A DNA stretch of 56,092 nucleotides, filler included, from Sluysia triapertura (taxonomy: Eukaryota): the NCBI GenBank assembly GCA_046118255.1. It is 4 parts of 4 records of this genome, joined end to end, with 100 filler letters (N's around TTAATTAATTAA, not from the genome) between each part and the next. Parts side by side here need not be neighbours in the genome. Positions count along the whole stretch, not along the records: positions 28,617 to 41,720 come from JBJNIA010059540.1; positions 41,821 to 56,092 come from JBJNIA010000898.1; 2 more parts are not named here. One strand, given 5' to 3'. Both the position numbers and the translations under genes were made by a program. Shown here piece by piece: positions 38,506 through 51,600 of this stretch (the stretch's first letter is position 1; each line of letters begins with the position of its first letter). A model generated the notes under the pieces. The model saw only the letters and a list, made by a program, of their open reading frames with translations. It did not search any database and had not been told where the DNA came from.

Positions 38506-41469
38506 TTTTTGTATATAAATAAGAAAATAAAACGAAAAGTGAATAAAATAAAACTAAATTAATACCGGAGTAAAATGTTTCATCACTCTTTCTTTAAAAT
38601 GTAACAAATTATCTATATAAAAGTTATGTATAATTATTAGTATATTTAAACACAAATTCAAGATTTAGTTCACATTATATTAAAATTATCTATAATTTTG
38701 AATAACGTGGTAAAATAGACAATTAAAAACTTAAAATTAAAAATTCATATTTAACAACTCATTTTTAAATTCAATGAAAATTAACTAAGATTGCGTTATG
38801 ATGTCTTAAGCTTCAATTATTAAGTCCATATTTAATATCATATTTTATTAATTGTAGAGAAAGGATTTATTAATTTATGTTGACTTTGTGAAACATGTTA
38901 GTTTGTTTATTTATACATGAACTGATATAATATAATCGTTAATACAAATCATTTTATAATTATTGCAATTTTGTTATTAAACTTTAATATGAATGCAGTA
39001 AAGTGCATTTATTTGATTTTTTTGCTTTCTATATTACTTGGTTAGTTTCGAAAAATTGTATAAAATTTAGTTTATAAAATAATTAACGAAAATAGCGTTT
39101 AGTTATTTAAATTATGCAATTGACTTTACATTTTCTTATAACCAATTTTAATGTATTTTTTTAGATTACTAGAAACTTGGGTTAGAAATCAAATTATGGC
39201 AGTTAAAAGTTTTATAAAATAATTCTTTGTACATTATTTACATTTCTTTTTTATCGTATAAACCAAATTTAAATTATAAATTAAAATTTATATAATTGAA
39301 TTTAATGATTTTTTCATATTTTATCAAAGTTATTAACATGACAAAATGAAAGCGTCTTAAGACTTTTCATATCAAAAGAAAATTAGCATATTTTGAAATT
39401 TAAACATTTTATGAAAAAGTTAATAAATTTTTAAAACAAATTTACAGCAAGCCGTGAAAAATTTGATAGATATAATTTTTTTAATTTTTCATTGTGGAAT
39501 AGTTTCTGTTTTTTGATTATAATTCCCATTAATAAACAGGGAACTATACATTTAATATTTTTATCAAAATCTGTGCAAGTATACAAATGAATTCAAAAGG
39601 TGACAACAATTGAAACAAGTCAGAATAACATTTTATTTCAATGTTAAATTAAAAATATTCTCCGAGTTTAATATTTAAATTATAAATCTCCACGAATAAA
39701 TTGAGTAGAGTTTAGGCTCTGTAAGAGCTAAACTTATAAAATTTAAGCTATTTTATTGTTAGAATAAAAATTTTTGTTACGATTTTATGTTTTTAATAAT
39801 GGCTTTCTACTTCAATTGCAGATGCTAAGATTGCAACTTGAGTTTAAGATAGTTATTTCCTAACACTTATAATAACATATGGATGTTACTGTTCAATCGT
39901 CCCTGGTGTGAGAGATGGAAGTGCAATTTCGTTTGATAAAATTAAATTCACGTCTTCCCCATTTTAACTAAGTAAAGTAAAATACACTAAACTCACTAAG
40001 GTTTATTCATAAAAATGTAAAAGATATCAATTTAACAACTAGATATAAAAAACAATTTACTATGAATTCCGTGACAAAAAAACTAACAAAATTTACCACG
40101 TGTAAAATGACTTCAGTGTAACGATTTTGAATTTTAGAAATGTTCTAAAAATTTATTTTAAAAAATTTTATTTATAATTTTCTTTAAATGTTATTCTGAT
40201 GAAATTAAAATAAATTGAAATATGTTAATAAACAATAATTATATACCTTGACTTATGAATTAAAATACCTGGGAATGGGTTTGAGTTTTCTTTGAAAATC
40301 TCAAGAAATTTGCACCGAATCAGTTACCTTGAAATCGATAAATTTGCAGCTAATCAATAAATTTGATTTGAAGTTTTTTGTGTTCGCCTATTTATATCCA
40401 GTTTCTTATAAAAGTGTTGAATATAATTTTTATCACGTAATAAAATTATTTTTTATTATATAGTAAAATTACTTTTTTGTTATTGTTTTATTTCAGCGAT
40501 TATTTATAATATATTCCATTATTTTGTTCCAATCTATTATATTATTTTTATTTCTATTAATTCTTAACAATAGATCGTTAACAGTTTTCACTCTATTATG
40601 TTATTACAAATTTTATTTCTATTAACAATAGGTCATTTAATAGCTATTTTCAATAAATCAACGATAAATATTTAATTTTCATTATTGTTAACATAATAAA
40701 CTATTTCAATTTTTCCTTTATTATCATTTGCATAACAATAAATTATTTTAAATTATTAACATCTTCCGATTATTTTTAACATAATTTTCATTTATTTATT
40801 ATTAACATTTGACTTTCATTTTTCATTTTAACATAAATTTTCGTTTTAACTTAGTTGACTTCTTATTAATTTTCATTTATTTATTAATTCATTTTAACGT
40901 AATTTTCATTTATTTCTTATTATCATTTTATTAACAGTATCAATGTGGTTTTGAATATAGGATAAAATAAATTTATCTGTCATTGGTAAATACCTAAATA
41001 TTGAAAAAATATTAATCACAATATTATACCAAAATTAAAAATTGTTGCATTTAAAATCGTCAATTGCAAGTAAAAAAAAATCAAACATATAACATTTCTA
41101 ATTTTAACTGTGAAAACCAAATGACTTGATTATTATATTATTATTTGATTATTATGATGCGGTTTTATATTAAAAACATTTTTGCAAAATAATTTATTAT
41201 CTGAAGTAGAGTTCACCTATAGAGACGGCTTATATGTGACCGAAGGCGGTCTATAAGATTTTTTATTGTACTTAAAAGAGTGCTAACTAAGCTTATCAAT
41301 TAAGACGTTACCTTTCTCCTTATCAAAGTCGAGGGAACCTAACAATTAATCTACTCAATTGAGTTAACTCTAACACAACTTATGTTAAATCAACTTATGT
41401 GAAATTGAACTAGCCAGATTATGGTCTAGTTTTATAAAATAATTAAGCTAGCCAAATTATGGTCTAGCG

Positions 41470-41495
41470 CAGTGGTGTCAAAGTGGCGGCCCGTG
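41470..41495 (+). mobile_element. hAT (Charlie/Buster-like) terminal sequence, one end only
   Basis: CAGTGGTGTCAAAGTGGCGGCCCG resembles Charlie-type termini and follows GTCTAGCG, similar to the NTCTAGAN target preference. No matching second end was seen. Confidence 0.45.
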
Positions 41496-41605
41496 TATTT
41501 ACAAACAATACCAAGATAGGTACACGAATATTTATCCGTTATTTTGATGATGATCAAGCTGGATTAATTAAATTTTTAATTCATTTATTAACATTTAATT
41601 CATTT

Positions 41606-41720
41606 ATGTAAGTAATGATATTAGTGATAGTGATATAATAGCTGATCTTATTGATAAAAATACAGAAATTGAAAGATTAGTTAAAGAAGGTGAAACTTTA
41701 GACTTCATGTTTTCTAGACC
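41606..41720 (+). mobile_element. Fragment of the same LINE ORF1 family, truncated by the contig end
   Basis: Closely similar to 21462-21574 (ATGTAAGTAATGATATTAGTGATAGT...TTAGTTAAAGAAGGTGAAACTTTAGACTTCATGTTTTCTAGACC). Confidence 0.8.
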
Positions 41721-41820
41721 NNNNNNNNNNNNNNNNNNNNNNNNNNNNNNNNNNNNNNNNNNNNTTAATTAATTAANNNNNNNNNNNNNNNNNNNNNNNN
41801 NNNNNNNNNNNNNNNNNNNN
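41721..41820. other. Artificial contig linker
   Basis: N44-TTAATTAATTAA-N44. Confidence 0.97.
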
Positions 41821-42688
41821 TTTATATATAATTCGAAAAATCTTTAATTCATATACTTTGATATTTGATCATATACTTTAATATTTGACCTTCGATATTT
41901 TACAATATTATCAATAATAGTTAATTCTCTGATGTGTTTTGACTAACAGTTAAGCAATAAAAACATCAATTTAATGACAAGTAAATTAATTTACTATTAA
42001 CAGTATACAAAATACAATTTTTTCATGAAAATACTAACCAAATGTAATCCGTATTTATTATTTAATCATTCCAAAAGTTCGTAAATTTATCATCAGAAAA
42101 GATATTAAAATCTTACAAAAACAAAAGGATTTCTCTAAGTAAGAAATTGGAAAAAACAGGAATTCGTTACGAAGGCCTACGTAAGTTTATAAATTTCAGA
42201 TAAGTTATGAACGACTGAAGAAAAGTTCTAATTCGACATTGTTAGTAAAACAAATAATGTCTTAAAAAGAGAAAGACAAATTCGACATACTGTAGACTAA
42301 AATTTTAAGGCATTTAAATTCGTAAAATATTAAATGTATTGTTAGTATTTTTCAGTGTTATGTTCCAAAAGTAATTGACATGCTGGCGTAATGACGAAGT
42401 TTTTAGTGTTAAGAACATTATGTTTATAACGATTTCAATACATAATACATAAATTTATAACAAATTATAAATTTATAATACATAGAATGTATAACAAGCT
42501 TGTCAAAGTAATTACAAATGTTTCAGAAACATTTAAATATATAGGATCATTTATAGAATATTTTTACATTCTTCATACAAGAGAAAATAGGAATTCATAT
42601 AAGGATAAATTAAATGATGCGTCTTGCTTGTGAAGAAAAGTTTCAAATTATATTATAAAAATTAAGAAATGAAACAAAACATTTATAC

Positions 42689-45600
42689 TTCTGAAACAGC
42701 TGAAATTTCAACTTTTTCTCAGTTACTAAACCAAGAATTTGTTCACGATTTGTATTTTTAAACATAGATAACAAATTATGATTATATAATTGTGGATGTG
42801 GTCCAGATAATGACATCATAGTATTTCGTACTACATACAACCATGAACATGATCTAGGAAATAACTAAAATACATTTGTATTATTATAAATTCAACTTAC
42901 CAAATTTAAAGTGCTATCTGCTAAGTTATCCAATGCTAAAAAATATATACCTTCATTGGTCCCAAATAACATAATTTGAGCTAAATAAATAATAACAATA
43001 ATAGTATATAATTAATTAATAGTATGACGAATAGTAAAAAGAGACCATACATATTTATATTAAGTTGAAAAGTATTAAGAAAAAATGAGAAATATAAATT
43101 CCAAATATATTCAATCAATAAAATATTTGCCGCCAATTTCGGTAGGAACCTTTTCTTCCAATGCTGTAAAAATATTTCGATTTGGAGCCGAAATGTCTGG
43201 TCAGAACCAGGTATATATAACTAATTTCTTCAAACAAATGGTAATAAGAAACGGTATCAGAATTAAACTTAGAATTAGTGTCTTTCTAAAAGGGTTTCAC
43301 GGCCGTTTCCCAAATGAAAAATAGACATGTTTGAATATTTGCAGAAATTGAATAAATTCCACATGAATTATTATTTTAAATATTAAAATATTACATTATC
43401 GCTTTTTTGTTAGAAATTTAATAACTCCTGTATTAATTTTACTGTTTTAAAACATATTTGTAATTACGCAACATTTAATTTGATTGGATGCCTTCTTAAG
43501 TACTTTTAGTTAATTTATTTTTATTTAACGTGATTTATGTTTACTAGAGTATTACAGTAATGTAGTATTAAACACACACCATGATCTATATTTGTAGTGT
43601 TATGATATATAATATAAAAAATAACATACATACACACTATGATTTACTAATGACTGATATTTATTTATTTATTTGTACTTTTTGGAATTTATAAAATTAA
43701 TTGGAAATGATAAAGAATTTAATTTAACAATGTAAGTAATTTATTTTGTCATGTAAACATAATTTATTACAAAACAGTTTATAAAAATTAATTTGTTTAT
43801 TTAAGTGCTTGAATATGACTATTGAAGGTCAACCTTGAAAAATTGATATTAATAGACAACACTTTTGAAAAAAAACACTTTTAATGTCTAAGGAGTCGGT
43901 CATTTTTAAATATTCTTGCTTGTACAGTTGCTTCAAAAGAATTAAATTTCATTTTGTAAAATTCGTTAGTTTGTTTTTGTTAGGAGTATTACGTAATATT
44001 GACTTAAATAACCATTTAAAGGTTCCTTATAAAATATTGACAAAAATCATTTTTAAAGATTAACTTGATAAGTTAACTGTGCAGCCTTATTATTTATATT
44101 TACTTATTACTGTACGAATTTTTATATTTTTTCTGTAACATTCACTTTTTATTTTGTATAATATACATTCACACAAAAAGGGTTTTTTGCTATTATTAAC
44201 GACTTTATTGTTAATTCTATTTAAAAGAATTATATGTAAATTTCATAGTTATAAAACATTAAAATTAATACTTATATTAATACATTATATTAAATTAATA
44301 CATTATATTCCTCCAAAATTTATCAGAAATTGTAAATTTATTCATCCATAAATCCTATTTAAGAGGATTTTTGTAAAATACTAGCCTAATAATTATTTAT
44401 TAACGATACTAATGCCACAATAACTTTCATTAATATCAACTTTATTTCTTTTTATCGAAATACGTAACATTCATTGTTTTAAAACCCTATCTTCAAGTAT
44501 CCTTCGCAAAATAACAATTCATTAAACCTTTATTAAAAGATATTATTCTAGAAACCTTTACTAATATCAAGACACTATTAGAATTAAAAGAGAACTAAGG
44601 AATCAGGTTGACTATGAAGCATATACGACTAGTAAACACATTTAATTGACCTCCTATAGTTATTTTCTTTTAAGAAAATCCAACGGCTAGCCCTAACCGG
44701 TAAGACTAGACAAGTTGGTGAACTCATATTTTTATTCGTGATCAACTAAGATAAGTTTTATACTACACAAATTCTCACAGTACAATAGATGATCTTACAT
44801 GTAAATAATAAATATATATTGTTGTTATTATTAATATTATAAATATTATTTATTGTTATTTCACATTTTTATAATCGAAGTTACACATCGAATAAATCAA
44901 AGGAACATAAAAAATTTCATAAACACCATATTATTTATGTAAACAAAAACATTCGAAATGACATTTAGGTAAAAGTTAGATATTCAATATAACATATTGA
45001 TTATTTGATTTTTCAATTTCATAAACACTTAATTTATGATAAAAGATTGTTTGATTTTTTTTACAATTATAAATATGATATATTATTTGTTTAATTATTT
45101 GAAATTAGACTTATGGTTATTATTAATTATTATAAATATTATTATCATTATAATTATTTATTGATAATACAATTATTTAATTATTCGCTACTATATTTGT
45201 TTAGTCATATTATAATTCATATGTGCATATAAATTCATCTAATTTACAGTTATTTGTTTGTCTGCATTAGTATTCATTTTTTTCATTTCTATTTTAATAT
45301 AAAGTAATTGGTTTTTGTCCTTCTGACGCTGTTTGATCTGTGATTCTTCTGACTTGATTCTTGCATTCTGTATTTATTTTTTTTGTTTCAGAACATTTTA
45401 AGATGTTTCTTTGAAAATTACTAAGATATTTTAGATTTATTTGAAATTATATTTTATTGTAATTTATCATCAAACAAGCATTAATTTATAATTTAATTCT
45501 AACAACGACAATACTAATAATAATATCGTATACTAACAGTTTGAGAAAGGATTAACCCAAGTAGCTGTAGCATTAACTTTTAAAGGACAACCTTCGAAAA

Positions 45601-48600
45601 TGAGTTGAAAGCACGCACCCATCGGTACTTTAGGAGTAATTGGTAAACCCTGTCCAATAGCTTTTTTACGTGTCTGATCTAATAGACTAAGTTCTTCTAA
45701 GGACGTATTGCTAGTTATTTTATTTGATTCTTTTTCATTAGTATCAACATTTAAATTATTTTTTTTCATTTTTTCTTGATTTTTAGTGGATTTTAAACTT
45801 CCTTAGTCATTACTATTATTGTTGTTTGATTTTTTATTATTATTATTAATAGCATGAGCAGCATTAGTATTAGTGACAGAAGTAGAACTGGAAATAGATG
45901 AAGAAGTGGTTACAACTGGTGCTGGATTTCGTGATTTGTGAGGTGGAAGAGGAGGTGGTTGTGCTTCGTTTGAATTGGAATATGGTAAAGCCAAATTAGA
46001 AGGCTGTGGGCGTGGTTTGAATTCAGAGTCGAAGATCTGGTAACACAAAAAATGACAAATTAAGTCTATAACGAAAATGAAAAAGATTGATAAATAAAAT
46101 TACAATATATTGTTATATGGGTAATTAAAATGTTACTAGTGAACCAAAAGTAACTAACTTTAACCAAAATATTTGTACATAAGATGTACGTGAAAATAAA
46201 GAATTTCTAAGTTAATGTCGTTAGTCACCATCGATAATGTATTGATTAATGAAGTTAAAAATAGAATGTCAAAAAACAACTCACTTTTTTATTTATAAGT
46301 GAAATTTCACCATTACAAATTAAAAATAAATTAATCCTATTAGAATATATATGTCCCAATAAATTTCTAATAAACACTGCAAAGAAAAAACCTTGCACCT
46401 GGACATTTCCGTAGTTTTTGTCCAGGTATGTTTTGATGAGTTGTGTGTTTGTACATTTTGGTAATATTAGTAGTGTTCAGTAAGTCTCATGCAAACAATA
46501 TTTAGAAAAAAATCGTAATGAAAGGGTTAAAAGTCAGTATGACAATTATACTAATGGACACAAAAATGGCTAATTTAATTAATTTTTGATAATTTATAAT
46601 AATTTTTCATTCAAACTTTTTATCTATACAAATATTATGTAGTAAATTATAATTGTATTTAATAAATGAAAACAAAAATAATGCTTTATATAATTTTCCT
46701 ATAGTATTTGTTTGGTTATCTTTTTTATTTATTTATTCATTTTCATTTATTTAGTGATTATGTATTTGCTTCTGTTGGAATTCGTTTTCTATTTCTATTT
46801 TACTAAAGTCTTATGATGTTGCATTTCTACGATGCTTTGGTTAATTCGTAACCTTTTCTATAGTTGTATTATTTTAAATATTTTTATTTCTTGTAATAAA
46901 TGCATTTTTGATATATTTTTTCTTGAATTCAGAGTTTCTAAAGTTCTTTATTTAATTGTTTATTATATTATTACTTTTAATTATAAATTTTTAATATTAT
47001 TTTCGATTTTAATTCCAATTGTTTTGTATTATTTTCTGTTATATCTACTGCGAGATAATTTATTATGGGCTATGCTATTGTGTAATACATTCATATAGAA
47101 GAATATTGAACATGTTTTATTTATTACAAAGTAAATAATACTAAAAAATGACTTCTAAGAGATACTTAAGAGATATTTTAAAATTTATAAATTTTTGCGA
47201 TTTTTTGCGATATGTGATTTTTTATAAATTTAGATAATTATTTCAATCTTTACTTTTATCATTTGTTATAATTGTGAATTTAGTCTTATATTTTTATAGT
47301 TCTTTTTGTGTTTGATCTACCAGTAAATTTACAAGTTTTTCAAAGACTTCAAGCCAAATTTTAAGTTTACATTGACATGTAAAAGCCATAAGTCTGAATT
47401 AATATAATCTTTGATTTTAAAGATTATTTTTTTATTTTACTTTTTATTTAGAAAGTTAATTTAATTTACGAAGTTCGGATTACCACATTTTCGCGCGTTT
47501 ACATTTTTTTATTTTAAATACACTTTGCTATGTTCAACTTTTAATTTATTTTTAATTTAGAGAGAATTAAAGACTTCGCTGTTATAATTAGCACGTTTAT
47601 ATTTTAAAGCAAAGACAAGTAAGAATTAACCATCAACTCATAAAGACAATTCATATTTGAATGACAAAATTTATTTTAAATTCAAACGATCTTTTCGAGA
47701 AATGCAGCATTATAGCAAACAAAAATAAATAATTCTGTGAAATATAATAAAGTTATACCATAACAAAATGTACTTCAAAGGTAATAAAACAAAATAAGTG
47801 TGCATTTATACAAATATAGATTTAATGAAACATTAACGAAGAATCAATATAAATCTTAATAAAATAGAGTCAAACTCGTTTTCAAATAGTTTTTAAATTA
47901 TTTTGACTTGAAAAGTCTAATAAATAATTGTTCTAGGTTCTCTGAAATATGCTATTTTTATGTAAATACGTTATGGAGCAGATACTTGTCTCTGTCTTTC
48001 TATGCATTCGAACTGTGGAAACTTTAGACAAACTATATATTAAGAATCAAGATAACTAGAAGGTGCAGAACTGGCTATTCATTTATCAAACAAATTATAA
48101 AAAATTAATATTTTAAATAAATAAATATTTTGATGTTTTAATAAATCAACTAAGATAAATTATATTGAATTTAACTTTTTATTAATAATCTAGTCAAAAA
48201 TATCTTGAAAATCAATCAACCCGATCTCAATAATTATGTCGTCATCTGTAAAAAAATCATTACGTTCCTTTTTCTTATACATAATAAAAAATTTTACATT
48301 TTTTACATAATTTTACAACTAAAATGTACATTTATTTTGATTTTGATGCGAATAAATCGTTTTAAATATTGCTTGAGACTTTTCTTTATTTACTATTACC
48401 TTGAAATTGTCATTTAAAATTGAGTCACTTGAATTCATTTAAAATGTAATTTAAACAAAATGTTTTCCATTTTTTTAAACGGTTGAATGTTACAATAAGT
48501 TTTGAATTAGGTGGTAAAATAATATATTGCACTTCTTACAATATTGTATTGGTTGGCAATAAAAAAGAAAAATTAAAATCATTACACTAATTTATAAGTG

Positions 48601-51600
48601 GTTACTTTACGAAAAATAATAATATCACTTAAGATAATAACAATTATTAGATCTTAAAGATAATAGTAAGTTAAATATTTTTAAAAAATCTAAAAAGAAG
48701 TTCGGTTCAATATATAAGGTAAAATTTAGAATGGTTTAATCAGGTTATTGTAAAATTTAATACCACGATGAGATAGTAAGGTCCTATTGTTTAAGTCGGA
48801 ATACAATAAAAAGTTTCTTCATTCTAAATTTTTATTTGATGTGCAGCAGTGTATGAATATGCCTACAACATAATGTAAAGAAAGTACGTTCTTAAATCAC
48901 AGTGAAAGTATTGGCATGTTTTAAACATACTTTCATCGTAAAGATTTTTGATCCAAAGATCTCGAAAAATCTAGTGCAGTAGTATTCTTAAACCGAAGCC
49001 AGAGTTTTCAAAGGAACAAAAACATCATATATCAAGCCTATGAGAAAAAATACTTTTTGATCCAGATGTTTTCGAAAATAAACTTTTGTATTTAAATAAA
49101 GTACAATGGAATGTCTTTTTAATTATATTCAATTTTATTTAGGTAAGATATTACAAGGAGGTCCAATAAAACTGTGGGAAAATGTTAATCATGAAAAAAT
49201 ATGTAGAATGATACATTTTAATATCTTTTCAGTGCTTTTAGCATAGTAAATATTATAATATATTATCATATAATATTATAAAAATAATACATTATTTTTA
49301 CATATTACTGTACTTAATTTCAAAAATATGAAAAAGTAAAATAAATAATTCAATGTAATAGGTATTAGACTTTGAATATTATTTTTTTTAGAATCTTTCT
49401 GATGTAGTTGATGAGTTCACTAACGTATCTAGTCTTACCAGTTAGGGCTAGCCGTTAGATTTAAAAGTAAGAAAGTAAGGAGGTTTAATTTTTATGCTCA
49501 AAGAAAACTATGCAAAGAAAATTTATGCGTTCTTAATAATAATGTTGATATTGTACTGAGAGATTTTAAATATAATTAATAAATAATTTCGGTTTCGAAT
49601 TTAAATGAAACCGTTATCACTCATTTTAATAAAGATTTTTCTTAGGTTTATGAAACTATTAGGTTTAAAACTATTCACTAAGTAATAAAAATCAAATATA
49701 GAAATACATATTAAAGCAAAAGACTATCGTTCAATTAAAATATAATACATTTATATAATTATAATAGAAGTTAATGAAGATTATTTTATTTTTATATCTT
49801 GTAAAATAATATATTTCTTGGTTAACAATTTAAACGTTAACCCAAAATTAAACGATTTTCAGTTGATTTTACTGTGCGATTTTCAAATACCGCTTAGACT
49901 TACACAAATAAAACTAATGATAATTAAAGTTATTAGTCTTTTCTTTAAATCTTCTAGAACTTGAAGTGGAACTGAACTCTCGAACTATTTTACGATAAAA
50001 TTAATGGTCAATATTGTGGTAAATTTTGTCAAAATGCTGTTATATTTGGATCACAAATTATTGACCTTGACTTAGATATTTTATTTAATTAACTCAGTTA
50101 AACAAATATTTTACTCAAAATACTTACGTTTAAATTAATTTAATTCCAAAATATAAAAATCAATTTACAATACCCATAAAATAATTATAACATAAAATCA
50201 ATAAATAATTTGTATGTATGTTTTTTATCTAAGCATAAATACACAATAATGTATTACATATATATAATATTGATGAAGGCTTGCATATTATAACAATTTG
50301 CCTTTCGAATGCAGAAAAATATGAAGTATTTATATTTCAATATATTTTACCGTAACTAAAAGGTAGTTTTTATTGCGTATTTATTGTGTTAATCTAAACT
50401 TATAATAGCAGTAAGTTTAGAATTTTAAGCTAACTCAGATTGTATTTAGTTTACAAGAACAATCCACTTCATTATAAAATATATTAAATAGCATTTTACA
50501 TAGAAAAATTGATTACGTAATTACGAAATTAAATGACAATAACTTAAAAATATTAAAGATAATGATTAAGTTTAATATAAAATTATACCGAATATCGAAT
50601 ATTTGAACTCTGTTCATTCGCATCTTTTGACAGACCCAATAAATCATCTGTTGATAATTTTTTTTTAAGATTTTGTTTCGGATTTTTTACATCCTGTATT
50701 GGTTTAGTATTAAATACTTTATTATTACCATCATTTGATATTTGAGAAAACCGGCGTAAATTATTCTGAAATAAAGAATAATGCATTAATAAAATCGAAA
50801 TAAATTCTAACTTGTATAATTGTAAAGTAGAATCTTTTATTTTATCAAGCTATTTCGACACAAATTAAATAATAAATATTTATTAGCTATTTATATTAAT
50901 AAGTAGTATATTTTATGTCAAAAAATTCAGTACAATGAATTTGATTGTAATTATAAAACTAATAAAAACAAAATCAACAAAAGAAAATTAAAAATTAACT
51001 GTATTATAAGATGTATACAAATCAAATTATGTGGATATTAATATTCAAATTAATATATTTATTTCAAAATAATCCGAATTTCTTAAATTTTTGTATTGAA
51101 TTGCCATTTATTACGCAACTTATTTTATTTTTGTTACACAAAAAACAAAAATTACACTTTAAAAAATTAATTAAAAGGTGTATAGTGAAATATGTGCAAT
51201 GTTGAATAAAGATATGTGAACTTGCAGAGAATATTCTGTGCTCCTGACACAATTCTAAATCAAATAGTGATTATTCTGAAGTTACATCTTCAAACAAAAG
51301 AAAAGCTATGAACTGTCTGCATAAAGGGACAAATTTCAATTTATTTTAGTATTATTATTAATCATTCATCGATTTATTAAATGGATTCTCATCAAAAAAT
51401 AGTATTATCTGAAATCGCATTAAACGTATTAACCCCTTAACGCGCAGAAACGTATTAACACGGGCGTGCATTAAGGGGTTAAATACAATGTGACTTGACC
51501 ATATCTGAATTCCATAAAATGTTGCCTTATTTTGAAAAACGGGATATCCCAACTAAGACCCGGGAAACTTAAAAATAAGTTCTTTTAAACCATGAAAAAA

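Noticed and set aside
16414-41820. TTAATTAATTAA motif repeated three times inside N runs
   Set aside because: Identical 100-bp artificial six-frame-stop linker. Gene adjacency across these points has no biological meaning.
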